Below, piece after piece: positions 10,857 through 21,989 of a stretch of 64,000 bases of DNA. Below the pieces are notes generated by a model that saw only the letters and a program-made list of their open reading frames with translations, searched no databases and was not told the origin of the DNA. The stretch spans positions 175,555-239,554 of the forward strand of contig CBFFSA010000019.1 in the NCBI GenBank assembly GCA_965644495.1, read 5' to 3'. Numbering within the stretch: position 1 is the stretch's first letter; each line of letters opens with the position of its first letter. Both the position numbers and the translations under genes were made by a program. Origin of the DNA: Perkinsela sp. CCAP 1560/9 (lineage: Eukaryota > Protista > Euglenozoa: Kinetoplastea).

Positions 10857-11065
10857 ATTTCACAGATAAACTGTTTATCTAATCTAGATGTATGTTCTCC
10901 AGACTGGAAAATACATGTACAACGCCGACTCTTTTTACATTTCGTATCCGCTTCTTTTCTCTTTCACTTTTGAAAACAAAATACATAACCCTTGTGGTAT
11001 TTCTGGCCTATTTCAATCTTTGTCAAACAGAATTTCGTTTTCTTATTTCTCCATTCGATAGTTAC

Positions 11066-11806
11066 ATGATGGGTTTGGCGTTTCGTTCTTTCTGTGAAGC
11101 ATTGGATGACTTAAAGCCCAATAGACTCGAAAGCCGACTAGGTAAGGTGCGAGGCCATTTACCACAAGAATACGAACTCGCACGATTTGTTGAAAATGTT
11201 GCAAACCCTAAACCTTCATGGCATTCGGCTACCCCTGCGTGTGATTGGGAAGGTGTGTACTGTGATTCGAATTTACAAGTAATGGATATTCGTTGGAGTT
11301 ATAAAAAAATTGCAGGACCATTTCAATGGGACTATCTGTGCCGCACGGTTCTTACCTTTATCTCGCGTGAAAACGATCTTTCAGGGGCTTTGGATTTCTC
11401 TAATTTGCCCTTTACAATGACGAGACTTCAATTGACAGACAACAACTTTGAGGGATGTGTGGATCTAACTCATTTGCCTTCAACTTTGACACTTTTGTTT
11501 TTGAGTCACAATCTTTTTTCTGGGGAGATTGACCTCACACGTTTACCCTCCACCATGGAACATTTGAGTGTCTCGAACAATCGTTTTACGGGCCCTCTTG
11601 ACTTACAACATTTGCCTCCATCTCTCAAGTCTCTCCAGTGTGATTTTAATGATTTCAGCGGCCGAGTAATGTTTGATTCTCTTCCTGTAGGCTTGCACCA
11701 TCTGACTTTGGGACATAATTCTAATCTTCGTGGTGATGGTTCAAAGATCCCGGTCCTCCCTATGGGTGTGGATGTGTCCAGTACAAAGATATCCATGAAA
11801 CATTAA
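11066..11806 (+). CDS. Leucine-rich repeat protein (paralogue 4)
   Basis: GKVRGHLPQEYELARF..PSW..PACDWEGVYC cap plus LRRs. Start placed at ATG 11066 by comparison with paralogues (ORF is open from 10892). Confidence 0.88.
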   Translation: MMGLAFRSFCEALDDLKPNRLESRLGKVRGHLPQEYELARFVENVANPKPSWHSATPACDWEGVYCDSNLQVMDIRWSYKKIAGPFQWDYLCRTVLTFISRENDLSGALDFSNLPFTMTRLQLTDNNFEGCVDLTHLPSTLTLLFLSHNLFSGEIDLTRLPSTMEHLSVSNNRFTGPLDLQHLPPSLKSLQCDFNDFSGRVMFDSLPVGLHHLTLGHNSNLRGDGSKIPVLPMGVDVSSTKISMKH

Positions 11807-12027
11807 CAGGTACTTAAGCGCTGAATCCAAAAAGCATACAAAAGATAACGTTACATTTGACAAGTGCTCTTTTAAGCTCTTAAAGAACTTTTTCTCCACT
11901 TGTCTTTGTAAACATTTTTATCATCTTTTACCGTAATATTCGTACATCGCAATATTTAAACATTGTAATATTTATACTTTTTTTAGCGTTTCACTTCTAT
12001 TCTCTTACTGATTTCAATTCTGCCTTC

Positions 12028-12888
12028 ATGATCTTTCCATCATGCCGGCGTTATGATGCTGTCGAGGATTCACATCCTCCTAGGCAACACAATCACATCG
12101 GTAAGATACGGGGCTCCACCTTACCACAGGAATATGACCTCTCCCGTCTACTCCAAAATTTTGAAATTCTCCATCCCTCATGGAATACGCGAACACCTGC
12201 CTGTGAGTGGCAAGGCATCACTTGTGGAAGTGACTTTCCACACTTGTGTGTAAGTAACTCACAAGTAGCACAGATTTATTGGAATGAGATGAGTCTTCGA
12301 GGGTCTCTTCAATGGGATTATCTTCCCCTCTCTGTGCATTCTTTTCACATTGGAAATAACTGGATAACCGGTTCGGTCCCTTTTCACACGCTGCCTTCTC
12401 ATTTTACCTGTCTTCAGCTTTTAAACAATCAATTTACGGGTCCTGTCGACTTTGTCCGTCTTCCACAATCGCTACGAAATCTTTGTTTAAATTCTAATTT
12501 GTTTTACGGCGAAGCGGATTTGACACACTTGCCACCCGGTTTGGTCTCTCTGCAGTTCTCTTCGAATAAATTTTCTGGTACTCTTGATCTTTGCAGTTTG
12601 CCACATGGTCTCGCTCTTCTTGAGCTACGCGACAATGCGCTTTCCGGTCCTCTTGACCTTAGACAGTTGCCCTCCTCTCTTGAAACGTTGAATTGTGAGG
12701 CCAATCGTTTCTGTGGTTTGGTGCAGTTTGATAAACTGCCTAAACAATTGCTCTCCGTATATCTCAGTGAAAACACTGAACTTTGTGGTAAAGTGGACAC
12801 TTATCCAAGTTCTGGTTTCCCGTTCGTGTCCGTCAAAAACACAAACATACGCGAGACATTCAGAAACGCGACTTTTGAATTTTTCTGA
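12028..12888 (+). CDS. Leucine-rich repeat protein (paralogue 5)
   Basis: GKIRGSTLPQEYDLSRL..PSW..PACEWQGITC cap plus ~7 LRRs. Confidence 0.9.
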   Translation: MIFPSCRRYDAVEDSHPPRQHNHIGKIRGSTLPQEYDLSRLLQNFEILHPSWNTRTPACEWQGITCGSDFPHLCVSNSQVAQIYWNEMSLRGSLQWDYLPLSVHSFHIGNNWITGSVPFHTLPSHFTCLQLLNNQFTGPVDFVRLPQSLRNLCLNSNLFYGEADLTHLPPGLVSLQFSSNKFSGTLDLCSLPHGLALLELRDNALSGPLDLRQLPSSLETLNCEANRFCGLVQFDKLPKQLLSVYLSENTELCGKVDTYPSSGFPFVSVKNTNIRETFRNATFEFF

Positions 12889-13322
12889 TTTTCTCCCTTA
12901 GTTCACTTTCCTTTCACTAATCGACTAAAAAAAGGCAGCTGTAAGTTGGTACAGTATTTCCTGTTTTGGTTGGCATGAGTTTGCATGAATTAGCACAAGG
13001 CAGGCACACTGGATGGCACCGATTAACAGCACACTCTCCCTAGTTAAAACTAGTCCATAATTTTCCTGTACCCCCGTTTAGTATGTATTATGTACAGTCG
13101 CAGCTACTGATCTTGAAAACGCAGTGGAGTGCAAGTGTTTTTCCGATCGCATGGATATATTTTCCTTGTCCACTCTTTTTTTTCGAGGCTACCATTTTTT
13201 ATTTCACTCTATGATCACGGTTTACGCCCGTGTTGTCTTCCTGTTTTACACTTCGGATGCCCCAAAATCAGATGATTTAATTTGTAATCATTGATTACAA
13301 ACGAAGCCGCTCTCTTGCAGGT

Positions 13323-14090
13323 ATGGACAATACATCGCACAGTCGCCCCAGTAAAGTACGAGGAGCTCTTTTACCCTCTGAATACGAACTTACACGCTTT
13401 GTATCAAAGATAGAAAATCCGCATATTTCTTGGAGCGCATCGACTCCTGCATGCGAGTGGAAAGGAGTCACCTGTGTTGACTCTCGTATTCAAATAGTGG
13501 ATTGGGGACGTAGCGGTCTTAAGGGGTCTCTTCTCTTCGAGTGGATGCCCCGTGCATCCCGTTTCTTTTATTTATTTAACAATCAGGTTGGAGATTTTGT
13601 TAAACTTGACTCTTTACCACCTCAACTGACGTGTCTGGATCTTGATATCAATACATTCAGTGGTTCGATCGATCTGATTCACTTACCCTCCACCTTTCGT
13701 ACTCTTTCATTGCGTAATAATGCATTTGCAGGATCTGTTGATCTTAGTCACTTGCCACCGAATCTGGAGGAATTATATCTTAGCAACAACAATTTAAGTG
13801 GTAGAGTCGATCTCGATCGTTTGCCTCTGTGCATGATCTCTCTAGATTTGTCCCATAATCGATTCACCGGTTTCCTCTCGCTGGAAAAGCTTCCTCCTTT
13901 GCTTGAGTATGCCTTCTTTGATTGCAATTGTTTTTACGGTCTTGTTCAATTTGAAACCCTTCCTGTGACTTTAGAATCTTTGAGCATCAAAAGTAACTTG
14001 GAACTTGTTGGCGAAATCAAGAGGCACTCACTTCCCGACAAATTGACAAGTATTGACATCGAAGATACCCAAATAAGTTTAATTCCCTGA
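13323..14090 (+). CDS. Leucine-rich repeat protein (paralogue 6)
   Basis: KVRGALLPSEYELTRF..NPHISW..PACEWKGVTC cap plus LRRs; CTCTCTTGCAG acceptor-like sequence immediately before the ATG. Confidence 0.9.
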   Translation: MDNTSHSRPSKVRGALLPSEYELTRFVSKIENPHISWSASTPACEWKGVTCVDSRIQIVDWGRSGLKGSLLFEWMPRASRFFYLFNNQVGDFVKLDSLPPQLTCLDLDINTFSGSIDLIHLPSTFRTLSLRNNAFAGSVDLSHLPPNLEELYLSNNNLSGRVDLDRLPLCMISLDLSHNRFTGFLSLEKLPPLLEYAFFDCNCFYGLVQFETLPVTLESLSIKSNLELVGEIKRHSLPDKLTSIDIEDTQISLIP

Positions 14091-16319
14091 ATAAACAAAA
14101 CAAAGGTCATTATTCTTTTTTTCTCCTCTTTGCTACTTTTTTCTCGTTATTTTTACCTTACCTACAATTCGGTTTAATATTCCTGTAGCCCGATAACATT
14201 CCGGAACAGGTCGTGATGTGCCCGGATTATTAATTCCGAACAAGTCTTACAAACGTACAACTCCGTGTTACACGGCTACTCATCATACACCCACCTTAAT
14301 GGGACGTATCTACGAACACGAACCACTATTTTTTATCAACAATATTTTATCAAATGCCTCCCTTCCGCTTTTCAGCAATAGGGCCCTTGAAATTGAGCCC
14401 CACCCCGATGATCTTGGAAAATACGGTTGTCATGTTCGGAAACTTTCGCTCCGACTGCGCTGGATACGCATTTGCACTTAAACCCCGCGCACACAAGGCG
14501 ATACAACCAGTACTCTGGGGGCCCTAGTAGGTGAGACCTCCGGGAAACACCCTATGGCAGCGCTATCTCTCGTTCGACAGTGGGATTAGCCCACTTAGAC
14601 GTAAAAAATAAATTTTACCCGCGATTGGCCAAATACAGTGGTCGTCACTATTCTCAGAATCCGTAATTGAACATTGACAGGATTTTTTTATTCTCATTCT
14701 CAGTTTCGCGACCATTCTCATTTTCGCGTTGATTTTGCCGTTTTTGAACGTTGACAAGAAATAGAAAAAAATCGGAAAAAAAAATCTTTTTTTTTATTTC
14801 CATCTTTTTGTTCCTTGCTTATTAACGAATCCTCTAAATTATATTTTTCCACATGGTCGTAACGAACTATAGAAAGCTTGCAATCATGAAGAAGGTTCAG
14901 GTGATGCCTGATGACACTCTCCTGGAAAAAATTACTTCTGCTCGGTCCGAGCGCAAGGTCGAAACACCTGTATCGACCTTGTTTTGATGGTTTCAAACCG
15001 AAGAGCCATCCGTATGGCGGACCCTAGGAAAAATCACACGCGAGACCGGAGTGCTACGAATTCCTTGGAAGATGTAGTAGCCAGTTGAATGCAAAATCAA
15101 CACGAGTTCACCAAGAAGTCCCGAAAGCGCTTCATCATTAGTGCTACTGGTGATCGCTCTGGGGATAGTAGTCGTTCCAACGCTCTTGATTGTTGGATAC
15201 GTCGAATACTGAAAATAGTTCTCATGTAATGTACATAGAAAACATATTTACTCAATCTATATAATGTTGCCTATTTAATAACACCCGTGCATTCCTCTCT
15301 CATTCCACAACCCTCATAACAAATTCATATCGAAAAGTTGGATCCCTATTTACTCAGCATATCCTTTCACACACCTACCTCCACACATCCTATAACTTAC
15401 GACTGGGATATCAAAAGTTTCGCGTCGCACGTCCCGCCCGCGACGTCCTCGCCCGCGACCCCGTGCTGCATACGTCGAGACGGGAGGCTGGCGTATATAA
15501 TTCACATTTGGCTCACGCCGTCCTCTCCCGTACTCGATACTACGGCGCAACATGTTTCCAAGGCCGTCATTAGGATCTCGCGCATTTCGGTAGTGTACTC
15601 CCCTTATAATTGCGGTGGTTGTAAAACTACCGCTCTACCCTCGATTATTGAAAAAAAGGTGAACAAAAACAGTGAAAATAAAAAAGTAAATATAAAGAGT
15701 AACACAGTAATAAAGTAATAATAGAAGAAAAATTTATAAAAGGGGGCCCCGGTGGTCCAAAATTGAAAACACTGGGGGGTCTAGGGGTAGCCGGGGTCTT
15801 GGCGCGTATTTTCCACCCCCCTACCCGGGGGTGACCCCCCCCGCGTATCCGCAGGACGGGCCCGCCAAGTGCGGATTTTCTCAGAAAAAACATTTTGAAA
15901 AAAAAGTCAACTTGGCGAAAAAGATAGCAAAAAAAATATTTTTCCAAAATCGTTTCCCCTATTGTATTTTTATAGTTTGGGACTTATACTAGCTTTCTGC
16001 GCAGTTGTTTTCGCAGGCTATCTCTTCTTCGAGCCGTGGTATGCCCGCGAAAATGGCCCATTTTTGATTAAAAAAGGTGAAAAGGTATTTTTCGGACCCC
16101 AAGGGGCCTTTTTGTGTTGAAAGAATGGTGTGGTTGGAGTCGCATTCTCTACCCATTACGTTTGGTGGGCTTTCATTCATACCTGCAAGTGATTTCCCAT
16201 ACGCAAATGTCGGATTTAGTGCTCTGAGAGCAAAACTAGCTAAAATTGGCCCCATTTTTATCCGACAATCGGCTATTTTTGGCTATAATGTTTCCGTTTT
16301 CTTGAGCTTTCCAGGCCAA

Positions 16320-16418
16320 ATTTTCTTTTTTAGGCTCTTCGTTAAACGCGGTGATAGTTTTCAACGCGAAGAGCGCAGCACGAGTGACTTCTAAGTTGAA
16401 AACAACCACCGCGTTTAA
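16320..16418 (+). repeat. Copy 1 of a ~100-bp self-palindromic element (inverted copy at 19077-19185)
   Basis: CTCTTCGTTAAACGCGGTG..TTTTCAACGCGAAG..GAGTGACTT..AAGTTGAA..AACCACCGCGTTTAA matches the reverse complement of 19077-19185. Confidence 0.65.
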
Positions 16419-16714
16419 TTAATTTTTATAAATGGGTCATTTAGGGGCATTTATAAAAACCCAGATTGAAGGAGGCGAGGGAGATACGAAGCAACAGGCG
16501 TGGCAGATTCCCACTGAAAAGAAATGGTATATCCCTGCACGAAGTTTGCCTCCGAGCTAGCAAGCGCAAAGGCTTTTCTCGTGCGGGGAGATACCATTTC
16601 TTTTCAGTGGGAATCTGCCACGCCTGTTGCTTCGTATCTCCCTCGCCCCTTTCAATCTGGGTTATCTACAAGCTGGTCGCCCTTCCACAACATGGCCAGC
16701 TGGCTTGTGTGCAG

Positions 16715-17490
16715 ATGGCCACTGCAGCTACATTGCATTACTGCAGTCACTTCCTCACGTGGCAGTGCACTTACTCTCGCACGTGCCACTGCAGCTACAC
16801 TACAGTCACTGACTCTCTCGCGCGCCACTGCATCTACACTGTGTTCACTGTCTCACGTGGAAGTAGGCTTACTCGCGCACGTGCCACTGCATCTACACTG
16901 CGTTCACTGCCTCACGTGGCAGTACTCTGTCACTTACCACTGTACTTACAGTGGTAGTGCACGTACTCTTGCACGTGCCACTGCAGCTGCAATGCATCAC
17001 TGCAGTCACTTCACGCGGCAGTGCAGCTGCATTGCATCAATACAGTCACTGCCTCACGTCGCAGTACACTTACTCTCTCACGTGCCACTGAAGCTACACT
17101 GCAGTCACTGACTCTCGCACGTGCCACTGCATCTACACTGCGTTCGCTTCCTCACGTGGCAGTAGACGTACTCGCGCACGTGCCACTGCAGCTACACTGC
17201 GTTCTCTGCCTTACGTGGCAGTACACTTACTCTCTCACGCGCCACTGCAGATCCACTGCATCAATACAGTCACTGCCTCACGTGGCAGTACACTTACTCT
17301 CTCAAGTGCCACTGCAGCTACACTGCATTACTGCAGGCACTTCCTCACGTGGCAGTGCACTTACTCTCGCACGTGCCACTGCAGCTACACTGCAGTCACT
17401 GCCTCTCTCACGCGCCACTGCGTCTACACTGTGTTCACTGCCTCACGTGGCAGTACACTTACTCTCTCAAGGGCACTGTATCTGCACACT
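16715..17490. repeat. Degenerate GC-rich minisatellite
   Basis: Recurring modules CACGTGCCACTGCAGCTACACTG and CTCACGTGGCAGTACACTTACTCTC; produces the repetitive Cys/His/Thr ORFs in the track. Confidence 0.8.
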
Positions 17491-17667
17491 ACCACTCGGA
17501 CCTGCTCATTATTTTTCTCTCTATATATATACAAAATGCAAACCGTGTTTTTGGTGGCCAGCTGGCCACTTTTTCGAGAAAAAAAATTCTGAAAAAAAAA
17601 ATTTGTTCTGAATATGTTTTTTGCGATCTTGAGCAAATAATTTTTCTTGCGATTTTTTTAGTAAAAT

Positions 17668-17740
17668 GTCGATGTCGGGAATCGAACCGCGGACGTCCAG
17701 CGTCAAAATGGAACCCCTTTACCAACTGGACTACTCAAAG
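17668..17740 (-). pseudogene. Degenerate tRNA-like sequence (tRNA pseudogene or SINE head)
   Basis: Minus strand has A-box TAGTCCAGTTGGTA and B-box GGTTCGATTCCC at tRNA spacing, followed by TTTT; acceptor and T stems no longer pair well. Confidence 0.55.
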
Positions 17741-19076
17741 GACGCTCCTTAATCAACCAGTTTGTCGTATCGCAGGCCTTTGCACACGCACCTTTTTTTG
17801 CCAAAGGTGTTCTAAAATTTGGGAAATAAGGTTGTTTTAGATGATTTTTAGAGTATTGAAGAGTTCATCTAATGACCTACTGCTCTGTTTCGGAATTTTG
17901 AAAAAACTCGATCTTATGCTTCTTTGATGATCTTTTTCAATTTTTGGAATTAACCTTAGTAAGCGAGTTAGATACTCCATATCTCCCTCAATATATTATT
18001 TATACTGTGCCCCCCCCACTTATAGTGCCGCGGTTTTCGACCAAACGGCACTATAAGTGGGGGGGCTAGTATGTTTCAGGTCGAGGGTGAAAATTTTCCT
18101 CCCCCCAAAAAAAAGCGCAGCGCTTCGCGGCGCAATTCTTTCTATCATGTGGTTTTGAGTGCCTAAGCGCTGTAAATGTTTGTGAAATATTAATTCGTGA
18201 ACAAATTTCGAAATGGCGAGCTGTATTCCGCATGTTTCCATAACGAAAAAGATGTTTTCACCTTTTTTGCATTAACACGACTTTTGTTGACACAACTTTT
18301 GTTGCCTCGACTTTTGTTGCGAAAACTTTTTTCCCCCCAGTAGGGGAGAAGAAAGATCAACGCACTCATGAGCCAAAAAAGGTCTTTGCCCACCAAAAAA
18401 GCGTACCCCAGTAACAAGGATTCTAGTAGTCCATCCTAGTAGTCCAACAAGGATTCTAGAGTCCAAAATGAGGGAGTTGCTATGCTCTGTCCATGGTATC
18501 ATGTTCAGGGGAACAGCAACTCCCCATTATCCCGGCGTAGTAACCACGCCTTGGCTTGCCTGGCACTACGATTGCCGAAAAAAAAAATCGGTTCATTTCG
18601 CAGCCCAGTCGCTTCCCACTTAAGGGGCCCGTTCCCACAACCGAGTGATCTCCCCGGCAGCACGGTTTTACCCATGCGTTGAGAAGGCTGGGGTGTGAGA
18701 CCAGGGTGCATTAGTAGAAAATTTTCGGAGGAAGAAATACGAAGGAGATTTTACTGTATAAGGGAGTTTGAGTGCAATAGGAAAAAAAGGGGGTTGGCTT
18801 AAATGTTTTGGTATCGACTCATACCAATTACTCTAAATTCGTTCATGATAAGATTTAAACCAGGTGACGGTTAAGTGTTTATTAGGAACCATAAGTCTGG
18901 ACATTTGGAACAGGGCCCGCGGTCGGAGTTTGGCTACTCCCCATTCCTGCTCAAGGGGTAGGAACAGGTTTCCTCGACAACACGTCGCCGTCCGGAGTCT
19001 TTCCGTCTGGAGACGCGTTGTTAAGTCCAAACCTTGTTGACGCAACCAGTGTGTATAAAACTGTTCTGTATATTAT

Positions 19077-19185
19077 GCTCTTCGTTAAACTCGGTGGTTG
19101 TCTTCAACTTAAAAGTCACTCATGCTGCGCGCTTCGCGTTGAAAACTACCACCGCGTTTAACGAAGACCCTAAAAAAGAAAAATC
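19077..19185 (-). repeat. Copy 2 (inverted) of the ~100-bp palindromic element
   Basis: Own TIR CTTCGTTAAAC..GTTTAACGAAG; reverse complement matches 16320-16418 including flanking TTTTCTTTTTTAGG. Confidence 0.65.
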
Positions 19186-19683
19186 TCCAAAAGATCATGA
19201 ATAATCTACTTTTTTTGGGGGAAAAAGCTTGACTTTTCGGCAAAAATTGCGAAATTTTACACCAAATTTGGTCCGTTTTGGATGCCTTACCAGTAGGGGC
19301 AGGAGGCAAATCTGACGAAAAAAACGTCGTAGAATAGTAGGTGAGGTCCTAAACTCTCCAAATACGGTTTAGAAGTCGATTTCGGAAAAATAAATATTTA
19401 CTTTTTTCCGGGTCAAAAGAAATTTGTTTTGGTCATCCCAAAAATTTCAGAATTTTTGACCTTTTCGGACCCCTCCAGCGCGTACCAGGGTACCCTCAGG
19501 TGGGGGGAATCGTTTTTTTAATTTATTACATTTTTACCAGCGAAGACATGAAAATAGAGGAGCCCCGGCGCCGCGAAGCGGCGCCAATTTTTTTTTGCAC
19601 TATTTTCGTTGTTTTTCGGAATTTTTATTGTACCTGTAGCTACGTATTGTACCTGTAGCTAGTTATTGTACCGGTGGGGTACA

Positions 19684-20229
19684 TTAACCCGGACGGGGGT
19701 TTAGTTGGCCTCTTCGGGCTTCACAGATTCGACAAAGATTTTTGAGATGACCGGAGATTGTACCAATTAACCCTTGTAAAGGGCTTAAATTCTCCTTTTC
19801 TGCCTCACATCCTTTGCTCACCGTGGGAATTTCTTTTTCAGCCTCCATCTTGTCAAGAGTGTGCTTCCGTTGTTTCAAGATGGAGGCTGTTCGCAGTAAA
19901 ATGTTTCCTGTGATTTGGTCATGATCATAATTTCCTTTCTCTATGAGTTCGACAACTTTTAATTTTGGTAACTCAGCCACCGTTTCTCCAATATCTTTCA
20001 ACACAGCTGAAGGATAGTCTAGATCTTGAGGCCATTTCTCTTGCATTGCAGTGAAAAAGGGAATCCTAACCTTTTTGTCTTTAATCTTCAATGTAGTGTA
20101 CTTCATAATGAGTCCCAATTCATCTTTCAAAGCCTTGGATAGCACGACATTAACTGTAGCTTCTGTGGAGGCCATGAGCAAAATAAAGGACACAGTAAGA
20201 AAGGTGTCGGTAAGCTCCATGCATATCAA
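19684..20229 (-). CDS. Hypothetical protein, opposite strand to the cluster
   Basis: 181-aa ORF with protein-like composition; 3' end runs into a MITE-like terminus; no domain recognised. Confidence 0.35.
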   Translation of the reverse strand: MICMELTDTFLTVSFILLMASTEATVNVVLSKALKDELGLIMKYTTLKIKDKKVRIPFFTAMQEKWPQDLDYPSAVLKDIGETVAELPKLKVVELIEKGNYDHDQITGNILLRTASILKQRKHTLDKMEAEKEIPTVSKGCEAEKENLSPLQGLIGTISGHLKNLCRICEARRGQLNPRPG

Positions 20230-20326
20230 TCAAAACTCATTTTTTTCCCCTTGAACGCTAACAGCTCAATGAAAATTACAATTGAAAAACTTATATTTGC
20301 CTATCTAATCTTTGCCTTCAAGTTTC

Positions 20327-21232
20327 ATGTCCCCAAGACTTCTTTCTGGGGTTGTGAAATCGAGTGACACTCAACCCCCTATAAGTTCATCTCGACGTGG
20401 CAAAGTTCGTGGCGCTATTCTCCCACAACACGTGATGATGCGTCGATTTGTTTCTGAAATGGAAATTCCGCAATTTGCTGAGCGCGACGATGTCTGCACT
20501 TGGGAAGGTGTTACTTGTAACGACCATGGTGAGGTTAAGGGGATTGATTGGTCGTATAAAATTATGTTTGGAAACCTTAAGATTATGGTAGGAAATCTTA
20601 CCTGGGAGTGTTTACCCTCGACCGTTTCAAGACTTAATTTATCGAGCAACCGTCTCTCTGGAGAGCTCCCCACACGAGTGTTACCTTCAGTCTTGGAATA
20701 TTTGAATATACAAGAGAATGGATTCCTTGGACCTTTTGACGCAACGGAACTTCCAAACAAACTAAGAAAATTTTTCTCTGCAGACACAAACTTTTCAGGG
20801 ATTCTAGACTTATCATCACTGCCTCCTGTTATAAATGCGTTTTCCGTTGTGAACAATATGTTTGCAGGACATATCGATCTCACGTGCCTTCCGTCATCTT
20901 TGCGAAGTTTGTACCTGCAAGAAAACTCTTTTAGTGGTCCCATTGATTTGACGAAGCTTCCACACAGAATGGACATCTTGTCGCTTCACCAAAACAATCT
21001 TATAGGCAATCTTGATCTGCGATGCCTTCCGACAACACTGAGGAGACTTGATCTCAATTCAAACTGCTTTTCTGGTGAGCTTTACGTGAACACACTACCC
21101 GATTCGGTGACTGAAGTAAATATTCGTGAAAATAATGGCAACCTGTTGTTACCTTCACCATTGCCGAGCAATATTAAAATGGGGGTCATTTCGAATAAAA
21201 TAGTTTGCAATCCAGAATGGAGCTCTAATTAG
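20327..21232 (+). CDS. Leucine-rich repeat protein (paralogue 7)
   Basis: RRGKVRGAILPQ...VCTWEGVTC cap plus ~8 LRRs; first ATG at 20327. Confidence 0.9.
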   Translation: MSPRLLSGVVKSSDTQPPISSSRRGKVRGAILPQHVMMRRFVSEMEIPQFAERDDVCTWEGVTCNDHGEVKGIDWSYKIMFGNLKIMVGNLTWECLPSTVSRLNLSSNRLSGELPTRVLPSVLEYLNIQENGFLGPFDATELPNKLRKFFSADTNFSGILDLSSLPPVINAFSVVNNMFAGHIDLTCLPSSLRSLYLQENSFSGPIDLTKLPHRMDILSLHQNNLIGNLDLRCLPTTLRRLDLNSNCFSGELYVNTLPDSVTEVNIRENNGNLLLPSPLPSNIKMGVISNKIVCNPEWSSN

Positions 21233-21284
21233 TGGTCATCTTCATGTTTTTTGTTATTGATTTTATCTACACTCAAAACAATTA

Positions 21285-21989
21285 CTCCCTCTCTCATTAA
21301 TTTTTATAAATGGATTTCGTGTTATAAAAATTTAGTTTGTGCGGGATCATTAATTTTTATAAATCAGAAATTAATCGAACGCTATTTCTTAATTTTTTTC
21401 TAAGCCAAAGAATTTTTTCTTTTATTCTACTTAAGATGGATTATTTTGTGAACGTGGATGGACGCCCTTCGAAGAAATTTCTTACAGAAAAGCGCAAATG
21501 GTTGATTTATATGCTGCAGGCAGATGGTGAGAAAAAACAAACTTTATTTAGCAATTTATGGGAAGACTATCTCCGTTTAACACGTGCTTGACTCACAGCT
21601 TCAGATAGGTATTGATATTCGTTTATAGTACATTACCTCTATGTGATTTCTTTTGCTTATTTGACTCTCAGCTTCAGATATTGATTCATGAAAAATGCTC
21701 ATGTAGGGGAAAAGACAATCTTTTTGGGGGGGATTTTCTTCCTGAGATGAAGATACTGATTTTTGTAAAACGCGATTCACTGAAAAAAATCAGCATGGGG
21801 AAGCATGGTCGGGACCTACTCGCGGTCTTCCCTGGCACTACCATCTTACAGATCGTACTAACGCCGACCTGTTTTTGGAATAGCGGTCATTTATACGGGA
21901 TTATTAATTTTTATAATTACATATAACAAAGTAGTATAACTCACTTTTTGTTATAATTTATAATTTATAAAAATTAATGAGAGGGAGAG
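21285..21989. mobile_element. Non-autonomous Tc1/mariner-type element (Stowaway-like TIR, TA TSD)
   Basis: CTCCCTCTCTCATTAATTTTTATAAA / TTTATAAAAATTAATGAGAGGGAGAG; TA at 21283-84 and 21990-91. Confidence 0.8.

Noticed and set aside
16466-17611. Cys/His/Thr-rich ORFs as metal-binding proteins
   Set aside because: All three frames are open because of the underlying minisatellite, and they shift frame repeatedly.
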